From: a virus
Lineage: Duplodnaviria; Heunggongvirae; Uroviricota; Caudoviricetes
Length of the DNA stretch: 64,000 nucleotides
Virus record (IMG/VR): IMGVR_UViG_3300027777_000022
Strand: one strand, 5' to 3'
The first letter of the stretch is position 1; every line of letters starts with the position of its first letter. This document shows positions 63,656 through 64,000 of the stretch, one piece after another. The position numbers and the translations under genes were made by a program. The notes below the pieces were generated by a model. The model saw nothing but the letters and a program-made list of their open reading frames with translations. It had not been told where the DNA came from and did no database searches.

Positions 63656-64000
63656 TTACCATCCTGCTTTTGTTAAAATTTCTTTTGCATACGCTTGATC
63701 CTCGGGGTGATCAGCAAACTTCTTTTGCCAGATGTCCGAATCAATGTAAGGCCATATCATAGCCACTTGTTCTGCATTGAGTTCACTCAAGAACTTCTGT
63801 CCGGACTCACTATTGTAAATCACCCAAGCACTGATCCTACCTGTGGTGATTGCATAGCAATTGGCATTTGCACTGCCATAGCGTAAACAATCATGCGCCG
63901 GTGCATGTTGTTTTTCGCTCCAGTTCATACCGTGTTCGATTGCACGAGACAACGCATCATCCACAGCTTCTCGACGCACATACTCCACAAGATACTCTGT
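63656..64000 (-). CDS. hypothetical phage protein, 5' end outside window
   Basis: Frame open to the window edge; GRISAWVIY. Confidence 0.65.
   Translation of the reverse strand, partial: TEYLVEYVRREAVDDALSRAIEHGMNWSEKQHAPAHDCLRYGSANANCYAITTGRISAWVIYNSESGQKFLSELNAEQVAMIWPYIDSDIWQKKFADHPEDQAYAKEILTKAGW

Noticed and set aside
1-64000. Alternative genetic code (stop-codon reassignment)
   Set aside because: Conserved genes are full length under the standard bacterial code and TAA, TGA and TAG all end coupled genes.
1-64000. Bacterial chromosome or prophage origin
   Set aside because: Host-like genes lack their normal operon partners (no iscS/hscA, tig, lon) and are interleaved with T4-like replication and virion genes; no integrase or att site seen.

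Overview
A gene-dense 64 kb segment, mostly on the minus strand, of a large lytic tailed (myovirus/T4-like or jumbo-type) phage genome. The host is probably a freshwater Betaproteobacterium, judged from the classical porin, Burkholderiales-like IscU/IscA, and phasin-like and DUF3563-like genes. It is not a bacterial chromosome. Core phage functions: gp41/DnaB-like helicase, primase, ATP-dependent DNA ligase, class Ia NrdA/NrdB with glutaredoxin, a PD-(D/E)XK exonuclease, UvsE, a miniature DnaE-like protein, PAAR spike, tail-fibre-like and head/scaffold-like proteins. Host-derived accessory functions: ClpP, ClpX, ClpS, Hsp20, IscU, IscA, a PlcP-like phosphoesterase plus GT4 pair, a RimK-like ligase, an amidinotransferase, a nucleotide-sugar dehydrogenase, four paralogous glycosyltransferase-like genes and a radical SAM enzyme. 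Reading the non-coding DNA and sub-60-aa ORFs shows structure the ORF track misses: (1) a ~160-nt multi-stem RNA at 33902-34064; (2) an acidic 49-aa peptide coupled to the RimK-like ligase inside the plcP-GT4 pair; (3) near-consensus sigma70 promoters, four of them with a phased TGTNG-N8-CNACA palindrome; (4) TAAATA late-type promoters placed 4 nt before start codons; (5) twin ROSE-like leaders on hsp20 and the phasin-like gene; (6) an MNERI...FGVEE micro-gene array headed by an ArfA-like peptide; (7) a shared LGRERR C-terminus on two unrelated proteins. No tRNA, rRNA, CRISPR array, intron, intein or transposase was seen. All family calls come from motif recognition by eye; no database search was run.
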